64,000 nucleotides of DNA from Chrysomallon squamiferum (lineage: Eukaryota; Animalia; Mollusca): NCBI GenBank assembly GCA_012295275.1, contig CM022667.1:21452001-21516000 (forward strand), written 5' to 3'. Below, one piece after another: positions 42,373 to 56,818 of this stretch. The translations under genes were made by a program, and so were the position numbers. Under the pieces are notes generated by a model. That model worked only from the letters and a program-made list of their open reading frames with translations, was not told the origin of the DNA and did no database searches. The stretch's first letter is position 1, and each line of letters begins with the position of its first letter.

Positions 42373-44383
42373 TTAATTTCAGAATAAATTTTGATGATAA
42401 ATTGTGAAAATTATAAAAAAAGAAAACGTTTAGTTATATTTCAATAACGTGTGTGTGTGTTAAAAACCAAACCTGTAAAATACTCTCATTGTTTCTGTAA
42501 TGATCCATTAGCACGTTTGCTACCTCAGCTTGAGTTTTACACTTAATTATTTTGAAATGAATTTTTAAATAAGTAAAAAAAAAATATCTTGATGCCTGAT
42601 ACAGGTTGTGATAAATAGTATTATTCTAACAAGCAAGCATCCTTTTTCTTAGTTCCAGATCAGTTATGTAATTAAATATTCCTACTGATTTTACATGAGG
42701 TTCTTAATATTAAAATTATCAAATCATATCTACATTCTGACATTAAGGAGTGTATTGAAGAATCTTGAATTTATTTTTTAATTTTGATAATTCAGTTTGA
42801 AACGAATATTAAATGCCTTAATATTTCATGTTATTTAGAGCAGTAATAACAAAAGAATTAGAAATAATTCATAAATTATGAAAACTAATTTATGAAACTA
42901 TACAGCCCAAATGGCATGTAAACTAACGAGCCAGTTTTTCCCAAACTGAATCTTTTTGTTGACTAGTTTTATGTTACAGTTATGACTTTTTAAACTGTTT
43001 TTTTTTGTCTTCATCTGTTCTTTTTTCACTGTTTCAGTTGTTCTTGTGTTTTGTTATAATTGAACTTATTTTATTCTTTGTCTTAGTAAGAGACTTATTC
43101 ATGATACATTGGCCAATCAGAACGAAATATAAATATTAATTAAAAATTTAGGAATATTCAGTTTAGATAATATTCTTGTTCATCAAATTTATATGGGATA
43201 CATGATGTGTTTGTTTTTGTTTTCTTCTTTTGTTTTTTTCTTACTATTTTATTTTATTTTATAATTTTATACTTTTTAAATTATTATATTAATTATTATT
43301 ATTATTATTATTGATTGTAATGTAGCTATATCTTAAATGTAATGAAATTATTTGACAAATACTTTGGACAAAGGTGAGAATTTGTTGTATTGCAGCGAGT
43401 TTAAGCCGAGCTGCATTATACATTCATCTTTATACAGAATGACGTCTTAACACAGTAACCAGTTACTCCATGTATCCTAAACAACACATAAATAAAATGT
43501 AAAAACTCTTTTATTTCTCAACTCGCCATCCTCGATATTGGTAAACACTGGCGTATTTATTTTGTTGTTATACATCAACACATACATCTTGTGTAACAAT
43601 AATTATTTTGTAAATGAAAACCGGTTTTAAAATGATTTTTTAAGATCTAAAGCAGCAGTTAAACGAGTAACTGAACGATATATATAAAGTAATTTATTTA
43701 CCGAAGTAAATCCGATTCAGTCTAAAAAAGCTACATTTTCAGGTCAATGCATAAGAGGGGCGATATTTTTCTGTGGAAAACAGCACATGATCCTCGTGAA
43801 AAAGGCCTTGCACCAGTTTTCTGTATTACTAAATCACTGTACAAAATCGTCCGTCCGTCCTTTCTGAATGATATTTTTGCAATAGTGCAGTATATTCACA
43901 ATATAATTCCTAATGATAATTGTAAAAAGAGTAAAATTTATTTTTTATTTTGTTAATGCAAATTTTCTTTTTTTATTACTTCTATGCAATTTTAGTACCC
44001 AATATGTTTTAACATAATATTTATAAATATTTTTACCGATAACAAGTTATATGTAATAAATATTTTTACTAAACACTGTTTATTTATTTATTATTATTAT
44101 TATCAGATATCCGTCAAAATGAAGACACACAAACACACACACACACACAAATGGCCCGATTCAGCGAGGTTATGTTGAGGTGCATCGGGTTGTTCGACCT
44201 GCGGAGGATAAGACAATAACCAGTGGTTTCTTTTATACTGCAATCGTCAATAAAACTAACGAAGTGATTTATCAGCTGAGCACAGTCGATCTTAGATTCA
44301 AATCTATTTATTTCATTGTCACTGAAGGTCAGAATAAAATAGTTATTTACTATTATTTATTTATTTATTTATTTATTATTTTA

Positions 44384-44435
<52 letters not shown>

Positions 44436-45084
44436 CCGTTTTCAAAATGTTCTTAAAAGATTTAAGCCACCAGTTAAACATTAAAGAAATAACTTTAAAC
44501 AAAATATACATAATTTATCGAAGTAAATACAATTGCATTCCAAAAAGCTATATTTTTTTTTTTTTTTTTTTTTTTGTCTAGTCGTTATTTCAGGCAACTA
44601 CGATCAGTGAAAAGAGTATATATGAACATGTATATACTTAATTACAGCTGTTAGAGAAATACAAAAACTTTTGAAATACTCTTTAACTGGTCTATGTATA
44701 TGAAATTTAAAATAGTGTTTCAGAAATTCTACAATTTTTGTAACTTGAGACCAATTTTCATTATTGCTGTTCTAGGTTTTTCAGTCAATAAAATACATAA
44801 ATAATTATATAGATTTTTACTTTGTGAACGTAAAGATTAACCATAAACTATTTGGCAGATAAGAACAATGTGAGTTTATTTTTAACGATGTAGACAAACT
44901 AATGAAAGCGTTATCAGTATCTAAATTAATGTAAATTAAACTGATAAAGAGTAACTTGAAAGTTGATCAACACTGATTTGTTACATGTGACATAAACCAG
45001 GCGTCAGACGAACATTACTATGTAACGAATAATTTGTTATCTCAGTTATTTATTTCTTAATTTTAAGCGCATTAATTAAAAACA

Positions 45085-45119
<35 letters not shown>

Positions 45120-46268
45120 TTGTTATTTTATTTTATTTATTTAATTTTTTTTAACTATAAAATGAAACAGTGGTATAGCCAAAAAAAGGTAAAAGGAGAC
45201 ATGTCACATAAATTCACTTATTATAAAAGCTTTATCAGCATCAGTAATAAATGGCTGTTTATTATTTATTTATTTAAAATATTAGTTAAAATAATAACTG
45301 AAACTGCGTGCGGCCTATATATACATTTTTGAAGTGTGCGTGTATCATAATTTGTAAATTCAGTACCAGTTAATTTTTAACTGTCTACTGCTTGCTTTCG
45401 ATATGGTCACGCCCTTTGGGGTTTTGCACTTCTTATTTATGCAGGTTGAGGATCACTTGTTATTAGGACCGGAAGTGTTTGAAACTCAAATTTATGCTTG
45501 TGAAAAGTTCCGGAGGGATGTTTTTGTATATATTATACATATCCTTAAACCATCCTTAAATTGTAAGACACCACCATTTCGGTTACTGGATTTTAACAAA
45601 TTTATAATTCAACAAAAAAGTCTGAAATTTGTTCATAAGACGCCGCACATAACAGTCTCCACTGTTATTTATAGAACAAAAGACGAGGCCGTTTTTATAC
45701 GACATGTGATCTCGTGTTGTTAAAAAAGTCGCGAAAGTGGCACGTGCAGACAAAAATTGTCAATTACTTCGAAAAAATATTTACTCTCGTTAGACATGGA
45801 TCACAATGTTTTACGAGTATCGTGTTAATCGCTCTGTTTTCCCATCAGGCATTAAAGGTAAATGATATTTAGATATTCGTGCGAATTCGATCACTGGGCG
45901 TGTCGCAAGCGGTTGAGTCATTTCTGAAGAGGAAGCGAGAAACGCTTCTTCAAAAGAAAGGAGCCATAAGCAGAAGACGTCAACTTCCGCAGAAGGTGTA
46001 GAATTCCTGGGATGACCCTTTGTTTAATTGGTTTTTTTAATTATTTTTTTAAATCCTAGTTAGCTGGTTGAATTAAAAACACAACCCCACAGCAGTCCGT
46101 GTGCTCTGTTGCTGTAATGAGCTTTAGCGATGTAATGAAACCTAGCTGAAACAAGTTCTGTAACTAGATATTTCTAAGTTTAATTTGTCCTCGAAATAAT
46201 AAATTTATGGATCAACATCCGCTGTTCCATTCCTTCAACAAATATGACTTTTTATATATATGTTCATG

Positions 46269-46273
<5 letters not shown>

Positions 46274-46340
<67 letters not shown>
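46274..46340. repeat. (CT)n microsatellite
   Basis: Direct reading; similar tracts at about 48941-48997 and 51220-51282. Confidence 0.9.
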
Positions 46341-46345
<5 letters not shown>

Positions 46346-47099
46346 TGTAAGATTAAACTGATATTAGGAATGAAAAATAGTGCTGGTTACCTTATTTTAT
46401 TCATTTGTAATTTATTTATTAAAGATTATCAGCAGTGAAACAATGCTGCAAATGACTGATTTTCAATTGTTTATTTGTATTGTCATATGACTTTATTATT
46501 TATCCATTAATAATCTGGTTTTTCATTCTGTCTTGCCCTCTTTACATTTATCTCCGTTAGCATTGAGAGTATATTTGTAAATACAGAACCTTGTGCCAGA
46601 TGGACATTCAATGAATGTGTCCGTGACTGAAATCAACCTCCATACCTATATTAATCTGGTCGTACTTTCCATTGTTCATACTCACGTGGACATAGATCTG
46701 TCCGTGTCGGACAATGTTCAGGGTTGTTCTATAGATATATTCCAATTGTTAAATTACCGCCCTTTGTCGATTTGTCGCCCTTCGTAGAACTCGTGTACCT
46801 TCTGTCGTTGACAGGTAACAGACTATACAATACAACTACCATCTGACAAATAGTTCCAAGAATACAGCCTTTTAATCACAGTAAATAAAAATAAATAAAA
46901 ATGACATCCTTTCATATTTTAATGATAAATGACTTTTTATTAATTAATTAATTAATTTATTTTATTTTATTTTATTTTATTTTATTTTTTGTTTATTGCA
47001 TAAAATTTACTTTATTATTATACTAAATATGTATGGTTCAGATTCCAGCAAGCATTACAGACTATATTATGACAAAACATTTCTTTTACATAAAAATAA

Positions 47100-47530
47100 C
47101 AAATTAAAGCTTGAATTCATAGAAAAACATGAGCGAGGTGTTCATGTAGTCGACTTGGCTAGGCAGTACAAGCATAGTACTTCTACGATATGTACCATAT
47201 TGAAGCTGAAGGAGTCGATAAAGGCTGTAACTCCAGCCAAAGGCGTTAAAATAATTTGTATGATCTCCAAGATACACTTTACGTAACCAATTTATTTCTT
47301 TACATTTTATTTTATTTTGTTTTCATACAATAGTTGTCATTTTAATAATACAGTTTTCTTATTTAAAAACACCTTACAAAAAGCAAAAAAGAATAAAGAA
47401 AATGGGGTGGTTTTTCGGGGACTGGAACGGATTAATGGTATTTCAGTAATTTCAATTGGGAAAACTGATTTAATATACGAATTGAGATACGAGCTCGGTC
47501 GAATTAAACTCATACGTCAAGGTAGCACTG
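47100..47530 (+). mobile_element. Tigger/pogo (Tc1-mariner superfamily) DNA transposon remnant
   Basis: KLKLEFIEKHERGVHVVDLARQYKHSTSTICTILKLKESIKAVTPAKGVKII resembles the CENP-B N-terminal HTH of Tigger transposases; 3' end ...aaactcatacgtcaaggtagcACTG followed by TA (47531-47532), typical of pogo TIR plus TA target site. Confidence 0.8.
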
Positions 47531-48938
47531 TATGTATAACCTTTATTGTCATTATATTATTTTTCTATTCCTCATTATGATTTTTATCGTCCTTGTATTC
47601 GTCTTCTTTTTCTTCTGTAATAATAATAAGAAGAAGTAATGGTAGTGGTAATTGTAGTAGTAGTAGTAGTAGCTATTGTTGTAGTCAGATAGAAGTATCA
47701 AAGCAGTGGTAACGGTGATGATGTATTTAAAATTGAGGGAATACGATTCGGTCATTTAAAGTGATGGCTAACTCCTCACTTCTACCTGGCTGCTCATCAT
47801 AATTTCATTCGTCATTTATATTTGTCTATTAAAGCCATGTGCTTGTTGAAGAGACAGAAAACACAATAATGTTTTTAAAGAATCAAGAAAAGTTAATAAA
47901 TAATCTTTAAAATGTTCAGCAAGCAGTTTTTAATTGAAATATTTTATTTTAGTTTTTCTTTAACTTAATACATGGCGGAGACTAAAACCTTATTTCAGTT
48001 GTTAGACATGTTCAGTAATGTTTATTTGGATCCAGTCGAGATATGTGACGTAAGCAAGTCTCAGGTAGGCACATGTATCGAGTGCCAGTGTTGGGCGGGA
48101 TTAACAGTGCAGCTGAACCCGCTGAGAAATCTTAGACAAGTTCTAGCGCAACAGTGACGTAGTTTCCGGTTCATTTATTTCCTTCTATGTAAAATACTAA
48201 ATTCTAAATATGAAACGTTTTTAATTAAGTATTATTGAATAAAATAATTCCATTAATTATAATAATAATGGCTGTTAATTTATATTATATGTCATTTCGT
48301 TCGGTTATTATTTAACACAAAATGTTAAAATAAGACCGAAAGCTTTTTTGCAGACAGTACATTTTTTATGAAGATTTTAATAATAAAATAAGTGGACTGT
48401 CGAGCAGTGCATTATGATCTTATGTTTATTTTTATTTTTAATATAAATTATTTTATTTGTTTCTTTCCTTTCATTTTTTTCTTTCTTTCATTCATTTCCT
48501 CACAGTTTAATACACAATAATTAAATAATTCTGAGCCATAGATGTTTTATGAAATCTATAATAGAGAAAGATATATATAAATACTACTTTATCGTAGAGT
48601 GAATATTTCACCACATAACAAACGGAGGTTTATTTCATCAGGTATCAAAAAATGAAGGAAAAAAACGATCATCCATCAATCACAACTGTGTTTAATATGA
48701 CGCACTATCCCTCTGTATTACGTCACCTGACGTAAGTTGTAATGCTGGCACGGTCCCTAGAGGACGTGGTACACAAAAAGCAACAGGCTGATGTTGCGAC
48801 AATCAATAACGTACACGACGGCGGTTGAGATAATGGACAGTGTTGATTGATCGGAGAGAACGAGATTCCACTGGCAAGAATCAGAAGTATAGTTTAACAA
48901 AAAGAAAAAAATTATTATCGAAAAATAAAGGTGTTTTT

Positions 48939-49002
<64 letters not shown>

Positions 49003-49500
49003 TACATTGTGTAAAAGATCTTTTTATGATGCGTGCGTGTTTTTTTGGGGGGGGTTGCGGGTGTGGGTGTGTTAAAGACAGAATATTTGAAATACCTGAA
49101 TTATATTACTTCTTTCTCAGTTTAGAAGAAGAAAACAATTATACATATATATATATATATATATCAAACCGAGAACAAAATCAATAACACTCTTGTATCG
49201 ATTCACCACAGCAAGCAAATATCCGTGGAACTGCTCAATAATTTTTGAAAGGAATAAGAAAAAGATGTCAGTTTGTCCAATCAAAAAGCTGGCTATATTT
49301 ACCGCATTGCCTGTTGCTATGTACTTAAGAACCTGTTGCGATGAACGAAAAGACTATAGAGATCTGAGCTGCAGAATAAAAAGCAATAAAACGTCACAAT
49401 CTGTTTTCTCAGTAGGACAAGAAACAATTGTTTACTGTTTAATAATTTGTTAAAGAAAAATCTGGCTGCAACCGGAGTTTGAGGATAATTGCAAATCACA

Positions 49501-49546
<46 letters not shown>

Positions 49547-51214
49547 TGTAGTAGTAGTAGCAGTAACAATAATAATTAAAAAAAAGAAATAAATAAATAT
49601 AAAAAATTCACGCGGAAAACTGACAATTATTTGCCCATCGGGTTTACCATATTTTAGAACTAGAACCGGACAGGACAGGAATCTTATAAAATAGCTCAGT
49701 TGTTACGACTGGTTTTCAGTTAAGCTAAAATGGAATGGTTAGACGTTCTCGCCAAGTCATTGATGACCATTTTTCAGGCAGTTGTAGACAATTACAATCT
49801 GTGTTGGATTTTAATTAAAGAAGTATCCAGGCTTTGCTCTAATATTTATAGCTTAGTATCTTGGGAGGGATGAGTATCACTGCAGGTGTCGAGTGTCATG
49901 AAGACCGAATGGTTATTTGAAAATGATCGATAATTGCTTACACTTGAATACTGTACGTGAACTGGTTTGTTGAGGTAATCAAAACACTAGTCTTCTTTTT
50001 AGTTTGTTCACTTGAAATCACTATGTTAAACAATGTTTTTTTGTTGTTTGTTTTTTGTGATGCCACTAAATCTGTGGCCAGAGTAATACTGCAGATTTTA
50101 CTTTAATACGACAAATCTTTAAAACTATATTTTTTCATCTGAGGTTTTATTTAAAAAATCATTTCTGCTTCAAATGCTAGAATAAAGACAGCAACTGGAA
50201 GGAGTATGCAGGTTGCTTATTATTTTCGATTATTAATTTATTTCATCTATTTCACTTTCGAAAGCTGCATGAAAGAAAGTGAGAATATGAACGAGAGTCA
50301 GCGAGACATTGTAACTGAAGATATTTGATTTTTGGCAATATAAAACGTATTTTATTATTTTGCTGGATTCTAACAGGTGGTTGATGTTCTAATAATTGGC
50401 CTATAATCACTGATAATAGCGTTTTTATTGTTTAGAACCAGGCGTCCCAGCCTCGGCTTGCTGTATTGATCGCGTCGGCAAACATTTCGTCAAACAATAC
50501 CTCACAGGTAAAAAGCTTTTCATTGTCCAAGCAACTGGCACATAATTAACCTGTACTTGTTGCTGGGTAGACTTTGAAGCAGTGTTTTTGATTTGCTTGA
50601 TTCTGGCATTAGCCAATCGCCTGAATTTGAAGCGCGTGGTGCATGCAGCCAGTTTTAACGTGATTCATTGAAATTTAAACATATTTGGAGCTGTCTGTTT
50701 TTTTCTGTTCTTTCTCACTACGGCATGATTACGGCATTAGAGCTTGATCGATTTATTTTCTTAATTCAGCAATATTCTGTCATAATAAAACTATAAAACA
50801 CAAAAGAAAAAACACAAAATCATGAAAAATAATTTTTATGACCTAGGATATTCTTTATAGAATGTATGCCATTCAAGTTTAAGCTCCGACACTGGCATGC
50901 TGTATTGACTTTAACAAAAATTCTCGTATCAGAAGCTAACGGTCACTGTACTATGAAATGTTTGTAAGTAACTTGGCACATATTAAAAAACAACTTGCTG
51001 TTAGTGAGGGTTGAGCATTGCGTGACGTCACATAGTAGAGACTTTATGTGTCATAACACAGTCAAAAACATTTTGCTTTTAAAGCTTGTATTTATTTATT
51101 TATTTATTTATTTAAGGCCAAACTTAATCTAATTTGTTTGTTTCATACAGAATTTAATATTAACCTATGGCAGTATGAAGAATAGCATTTAGATATGTAA
51201 CTCCGCCGTTTTTA

Positions 51215-51288
<74 letters not shown>

Positions 51289-51368
51289 ACAATACATGCA
51301 GACAGCAGATTTACATATGTATGTATATGTGTACATTATTATCAAGACTGTACATAAATAAATATTGT

Positions 51369-51405
<37 letters not shown>

Positions 51406-53404
51406 TAATAAATTAGTTAATTTGTTAATAATAACAAAATTTCGCCTGAATGAATACAAATGCTGTCCACTGCTTGACATAACATGCAACAATAAGATTT
51501 CTGTTTCCATGTTGAACAGTTGGCAAACAGTTGTTGGAACTATTTCTGAAGGCTTCGAACAATGGTCAGGATTTTTTCTTTTTAATTGTTCAGGACATGA
51601 TCTGTAGCTTTCCACTGGGGGCGCGTGGAACGGTAAGATAATAGACAAAAATGAGAGATATTAAAAGGCATTTACGCTCAGTCAAAGGCCGCGGCTGGGT
51701 AATTGTCGATAACGGTAAAATCTGAAGATGACCATCTGTTGGGTTCTCGGTCCATCATGGCCTACGAGAGGCACCGCCCATCTGTCGGGGTCACATGACA
51801 CAAAACGTGCAGTAATTAAACGCGGTTTTCTATTAGTGTTAGCTGAGTGAACTGCGAATGAGCAATGATTTCGGGTAGAAAAGGCAGAAAGAGTTTTGTG
51901 CGCGGTACTTCAAAGCGATTTTTTTTTTTTTTTTTTTTTTTGGTCATCACTCTTGAAGGGACATCAGATGAAGTTTTGTATATGCAACATCAAAGTTGGA
52001 GACGAAATCGCGCAGACAACAGACGAGGTGACAAGTCGCGTGGCGGTCACGCGCTGCACACAACTGGAGCAAATACGACTTTGTTGTCCCGTAAGAGTTA
52101 TGATGGGTTAAATGGCAAAGACTTTGGTATCTAAAACCCGACAGCATTGTCAACGTCTGCAGTGAGCCGAGCTGTAGAAGCTGTATCAGCGGATTACACA
52201 GCAACACAGTGATAAACTGCAAACATTAAACATACACAACAAATGATGGACCCGTTATGTCTACTTCTCTTTTTTTATCGTTTCTCTCTCCTCGTCGTCT
52301 TGTTGACCTGCATGTTTTGTCTGAGAGAAGAATGAGTCCGCAGTAAGACGAGTTGTCACTGTGAGTCTCCAGATTCTCGTAAACAAGTTACATTTTGTAA
52401 ACTTCCAAGTCGTTAGTTTTAAATTAAAAGTTAATTGTTAGTAGACAAGTAATTACAAGCCTATGAAAATGTTTTCCTCTTTCCATTCTTACAAATTTGC
52501 AAAATTATGTCAAGAAACTAAAATGGATTCTTATTTTAGTGTCATACTATGGTATTTAGAGTAAATGTTATTCAGAAATAAATAAATAAATAAATAAATA
52601 AATAAATGATAAAACAAGTCAAACCTGTAAGTATAAAACGTATGTAGGCCATTCTTACTTCACACTGCGCGAATACTACAACCACTAATTCAGTTTTTAT
52701 AATTATTATTATTGTCATTATTGTGATAAACTATGCATAAATAAATTTATCGAACCAACGTATTACAAAATTAATTATTAAATTAAAAATTGAAAAAAGA
52801 AAAAAAGGTTTAGATATATATGTATAATGTGTGTACGTGTGTGTGTGTGTGTGTGTAATTACATTATCTGTTTTCTATTTTTAATTGTAGATGTTATCGT
52901 TGTTATTGTTGTTGTTGTTGTTGTTATTGTTGTTATTGTTATTATTTGTTTGAGTTACTGCAGTTATTTGTGGTGGCCTGAATAACTCTTTTACGTAACG
53001 ACGCCATATATAGTGTCATAATATATACAACATGACCGTTGTATGTGTCTTAACAACAACAACTACTACTACTTCAGTTATACATTGTTTATTTAAACGA
53101 TGTTAATAATAGAAAAGAAGAAACAAAGAATAAAATCATTTGTTTTTAATAATATAAAATAATAAAAATAAAGTAATCTCGATCAAACTAAATTTCAAAG
53201 TACTGCAAGGTCAATATTCGTGTCTTCTTTTCTTTGTTTTTTTCAACCAGTAATCTCCGTTGTTCTGCGAGAAAGTTAATGAAGGTGTACAGCTGTGTAG
53301 ACTCTTTTGCAATTTGTCTACTATTAATAATTGATGACAGCGAATACTACAATACTCTACAGGTGACACAATTCTTGTAATTATACGTTCTCTGAGTGCT
53401 CGTA

Positions 53405-53406
<2 letters not shown>

Positions 53407-53494
<88 letters not shown>
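53407..53494. repeat. (CT)n-(AT)n compound microsatellite
   Basis: Direct reading. Confidence 0.9.
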
Positions 53495-53497
<3 letters not shown>

Positions 53498-54917
53498 CTT
53501 TCTTTTCTTTTTTTTTTCACTCTCCCTTAATTCTCTTTCGTGTTCCTTTCGTTATATTCTTTGGATCTTTAAAACACAAGAACATTTTATTCATTTATTT
53601 CATAATTTCATTATTTATTTATTTATTTATTATTTTCTTTTTTTTTCTTTATTGCTTTTTCCTTTCTTTTTTTTTAAATTTTGTTAAATTTTTGTTATTG
53701 GTTTATTTTCTTTTGTTTTTTAAAAATATTTAGAAGAGTTCTAAAATAAATATATATTATTGTTTCGGGGTATCTTTACATATAGTAACACATTTTTTAA
53801 GTTGAAAACTCGATAATTTGTGATATCAACGTTCACAGTTGTGCTATCGTGCGTTTGTTCTTACGAGCCACCCACACCAACAGAATAATTATTAAATGTA
53901 TGTACGGGAAAAAATAGCTGAATCATTTAATAATTTGAAAAGAATGAAATCAGTGAACTGTAAGAAACACTTCAGTTAGCAGATAATGTAAAAAATTGAA
54001 TTTAATAATAAACATCATTATATTGTACAGTATTAGTAATACTGTAAATACTGCAGTAGTTTAGTAATAAATAACAATGATGATAATTATGATGACAAAA
54101 CGATTACAAATTATGAAATATATAAATAATAAATTAAATCGAAACTAAACAAAAATACACTAAACTAAACATTTTTAATGACAAGTATATAAATATGAAC
54201 GTTTAAATTAAAAAATGTATAAAAATATAAATATTCTGGGTTGTTGAATCTAAAATGAAATTGTAATTCTTAGTTATAATCGAGCAGTAAAGTCTCATCG
54301 CGAAGAGGACTATAATTTAATTTTCTCCTCGTCCATTCTTAAGATTCGGAGAGCTGTATACGGCTAGGGATTTGTCATCACACATGCTCCATTGTTTGCT
54401 TTCTGAAGCGGATGCAGAAGGAGGCGGTTCCAAAACGAAACCGTCGCGTGTTTTGAGTGGCTGTCAAAAGTCTGTCAGATGTAGCAGACGACACAAAAAT
54501 ACTTTGTGCCCTATGTCAAACGATCATTGGTACAGAGAGCAACAAGAAAGCAACTGTTATCAGCCGACATCTACAAGTTACATCGTTTTGAACTGGTGAA
54601 ATTTTTATGTGTGTGGCATTTGAATTTTGTTAGGATATTTTTTTTAGCTTCACACAATATCCATATCAAACGTCACTACTTAGGAAATCGCTGCAGCTAT
54701 TTGTGTGGAAGAATAACACGTTCTGCGGAGTAGTGGTAGATTCGACCAATATCGATCTTTACCTTTCTCACAGATCTATGAACGCGGAACGCTGTTAATG
54801 GGTGGACTGTTAACTCGCTGTAACGTTATTTGATTAAGTGAAATCTTCTGTCCTAGTTCTCATTCGGACGAAACGTTTTGCAGCAGACGACAGAATCGTT
54901 CACGTCTGACTTCCACG

Positions 54918-55264
54918 ATGCCGAGGTCGTTCCTGGTGAAAAAGTCGAAACTCGACGATGACCGGTCCTATCATAAATATAAAATGAGGGACCACTATCC
55001 GGACACTTCGGACAGCCTGAAAGCTGCGACGCCGTTCACGCCGCTGTCTCCACTGGCTGTCACCGTCAACAACGGTAAGTGACTCAACACCAACTCAGGC
55101 CTTTCATGGCAATGAACATTTAGATACAAAATCATAGTAATCGCATGGTGACTAAGTCAGAATTTCTTAGTCAGGCTGGGTCAGAATTCCTGTACATTTG
55201 ATAAAAACTCGATTTGTACTGAGGGGAAAAATCAGGATACTAAGTAATTTACACCAATTTGGTG

Positions 55265-55315
<51 letters not shown>

Positions 55316-56818
55316 TGATGTGTTAAACTGCCTGATGTACGAAATAATTGTATCGATATATTTAAATATTATCTCATAGAGATAACATGTCCTGGAACAA
55401 AAACACCTATTAGTATATCGATATGATTTATTTTATTATTAATTCTAACTATATTATCTTTATTTGTTTGTTTCTTTGTTTTATAAAAATAAAACATTTT
55501 CTCAGTTAATTAATAAAATATAAATAAAACAATAGTGGCTATGTTTGTCCCTACATGTTTAAAATGTCAGTATAAAAATCTGAAGACAGCTTTGTACGAC
55601 TCACATAAGCACCGACTCATCGACCACTGTCACTCTCACTTAATTTTAATGATTCATTTAAAGATTTAATTTAATATAATTACCTAGAGAATCAGTTAGA
55701 AATTCAGTTATGTTCACTTGCCCAGACAAATTAACCTAATCAGTGTACTTATAACCGATTGATTTGAGCAAAACGCATTAAAGTAAAAGCTGAAAATTTA
55801 AATCTACGCAGCGCAAGAATATAAAATCTGTGTAATATTTATGATAATTTGTTTAGCTAAAATAAGTGGGGTTTTTTTGTTGTTTTTTTGGTTGTTTTTT
55901 TTGTTATGAGTTTTGGCATGTGGAAGATATTCATATATAATTTCTTCTGAATGATGTTGGTTCATATTAAATTTACACAATTTTTTATAGTATGATTTGA
56001 ATTACAATGGTTTTATTTACAGATTCTAAGTTAGAAAAATTCTAAATAACGTACATAATATCCATATATATCCATATACAGGTTATATCCATGATGTGCT
56101 CACACCTCAGTCACTTCAAGATGCATCTGATTTTGAAAAGATTCCCGAGGGAGCATCTATGTCGACGTCAGAACCGGAAGTTACGCACGTCAAAGAAAAT
56201 AAAGCAGTAGAACCGGAAGTGTCTTCAAGTCCCAGCCCCAGTTTGTACAGTCCTGCCTCACCAGCCTACTCGTACAGCTCCGACGTCGGAGTAACCATTG
56301 GATACACGTACGATGCCTTCTTTGTCAGTGACGGTCGCTCACGGAAACGGAATGCGGAAGGAATTCCGGAGAAAAACGTTACAAAACTTCGATATACATG
56401 CAACGAATGTGGCAAGGATTATGCTACGTCTTCTAATCTGTCCCGACACAAACAGACGCACAGAAGTCTGGACAGTCAGCAAGCGAAGCAGTGTCCGCAC
56501 TGCAGTAAGGTTTACGTGAGTATGCCAGCATTGTCCATGCACATACTTACCCACGAACTAAAACACACGTGCAAAGAGTGCGGCAAATCTTTCAGTCGGC
56601 CTTGGTTGTTGCAGGGTCACATGCGATCTCACAGTGGAGAAAAACCTTACGGCTGCGCACACTGCGGTAAAGCCTTCGCTGATCGTTCCAACCTTCGAGC
56701 ACACATGCAAACCCATTCCGCCTTCAAACATTACACGTGCAAAAGGTGTGACAAGTCATTTGCGCTGAAATCCTATCTCAACAAGCATTATGAGTCGGCA
56801 TGCTTTAAAGATGAGTGA
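54918..56818 (+). CDS. scrt: Scratch-family SNAG/C2H2 zinc-finger transcriptional repressor, 297 aa, 2 coding exons
   Basis: Exon 54918-55074 starts with SNAG domain MPRSFLVKK and ends at G|gtaagt; exon 56082-56818 (phase 1) has the SCRATCH signature GYTYDAFFVSDGRSRKR and five zinc fingers (CNECGKDYATSSNLSRHKQTH, CPHCSKVYVSMPALSMHILTH, CGKSFSRPWLLQGHMRSH, CGKAFADRSNLRAHMQTH, CDKSFALKSYLNKHYESAC). Confidence 0.97.

Noticed and set aside
49975-50000. 11-nt match to miR-7 (GAAGACTAGTG on the minus strand)
   Set aside because: 5' seed is incomplete and there is no convincing precursor hairpin.
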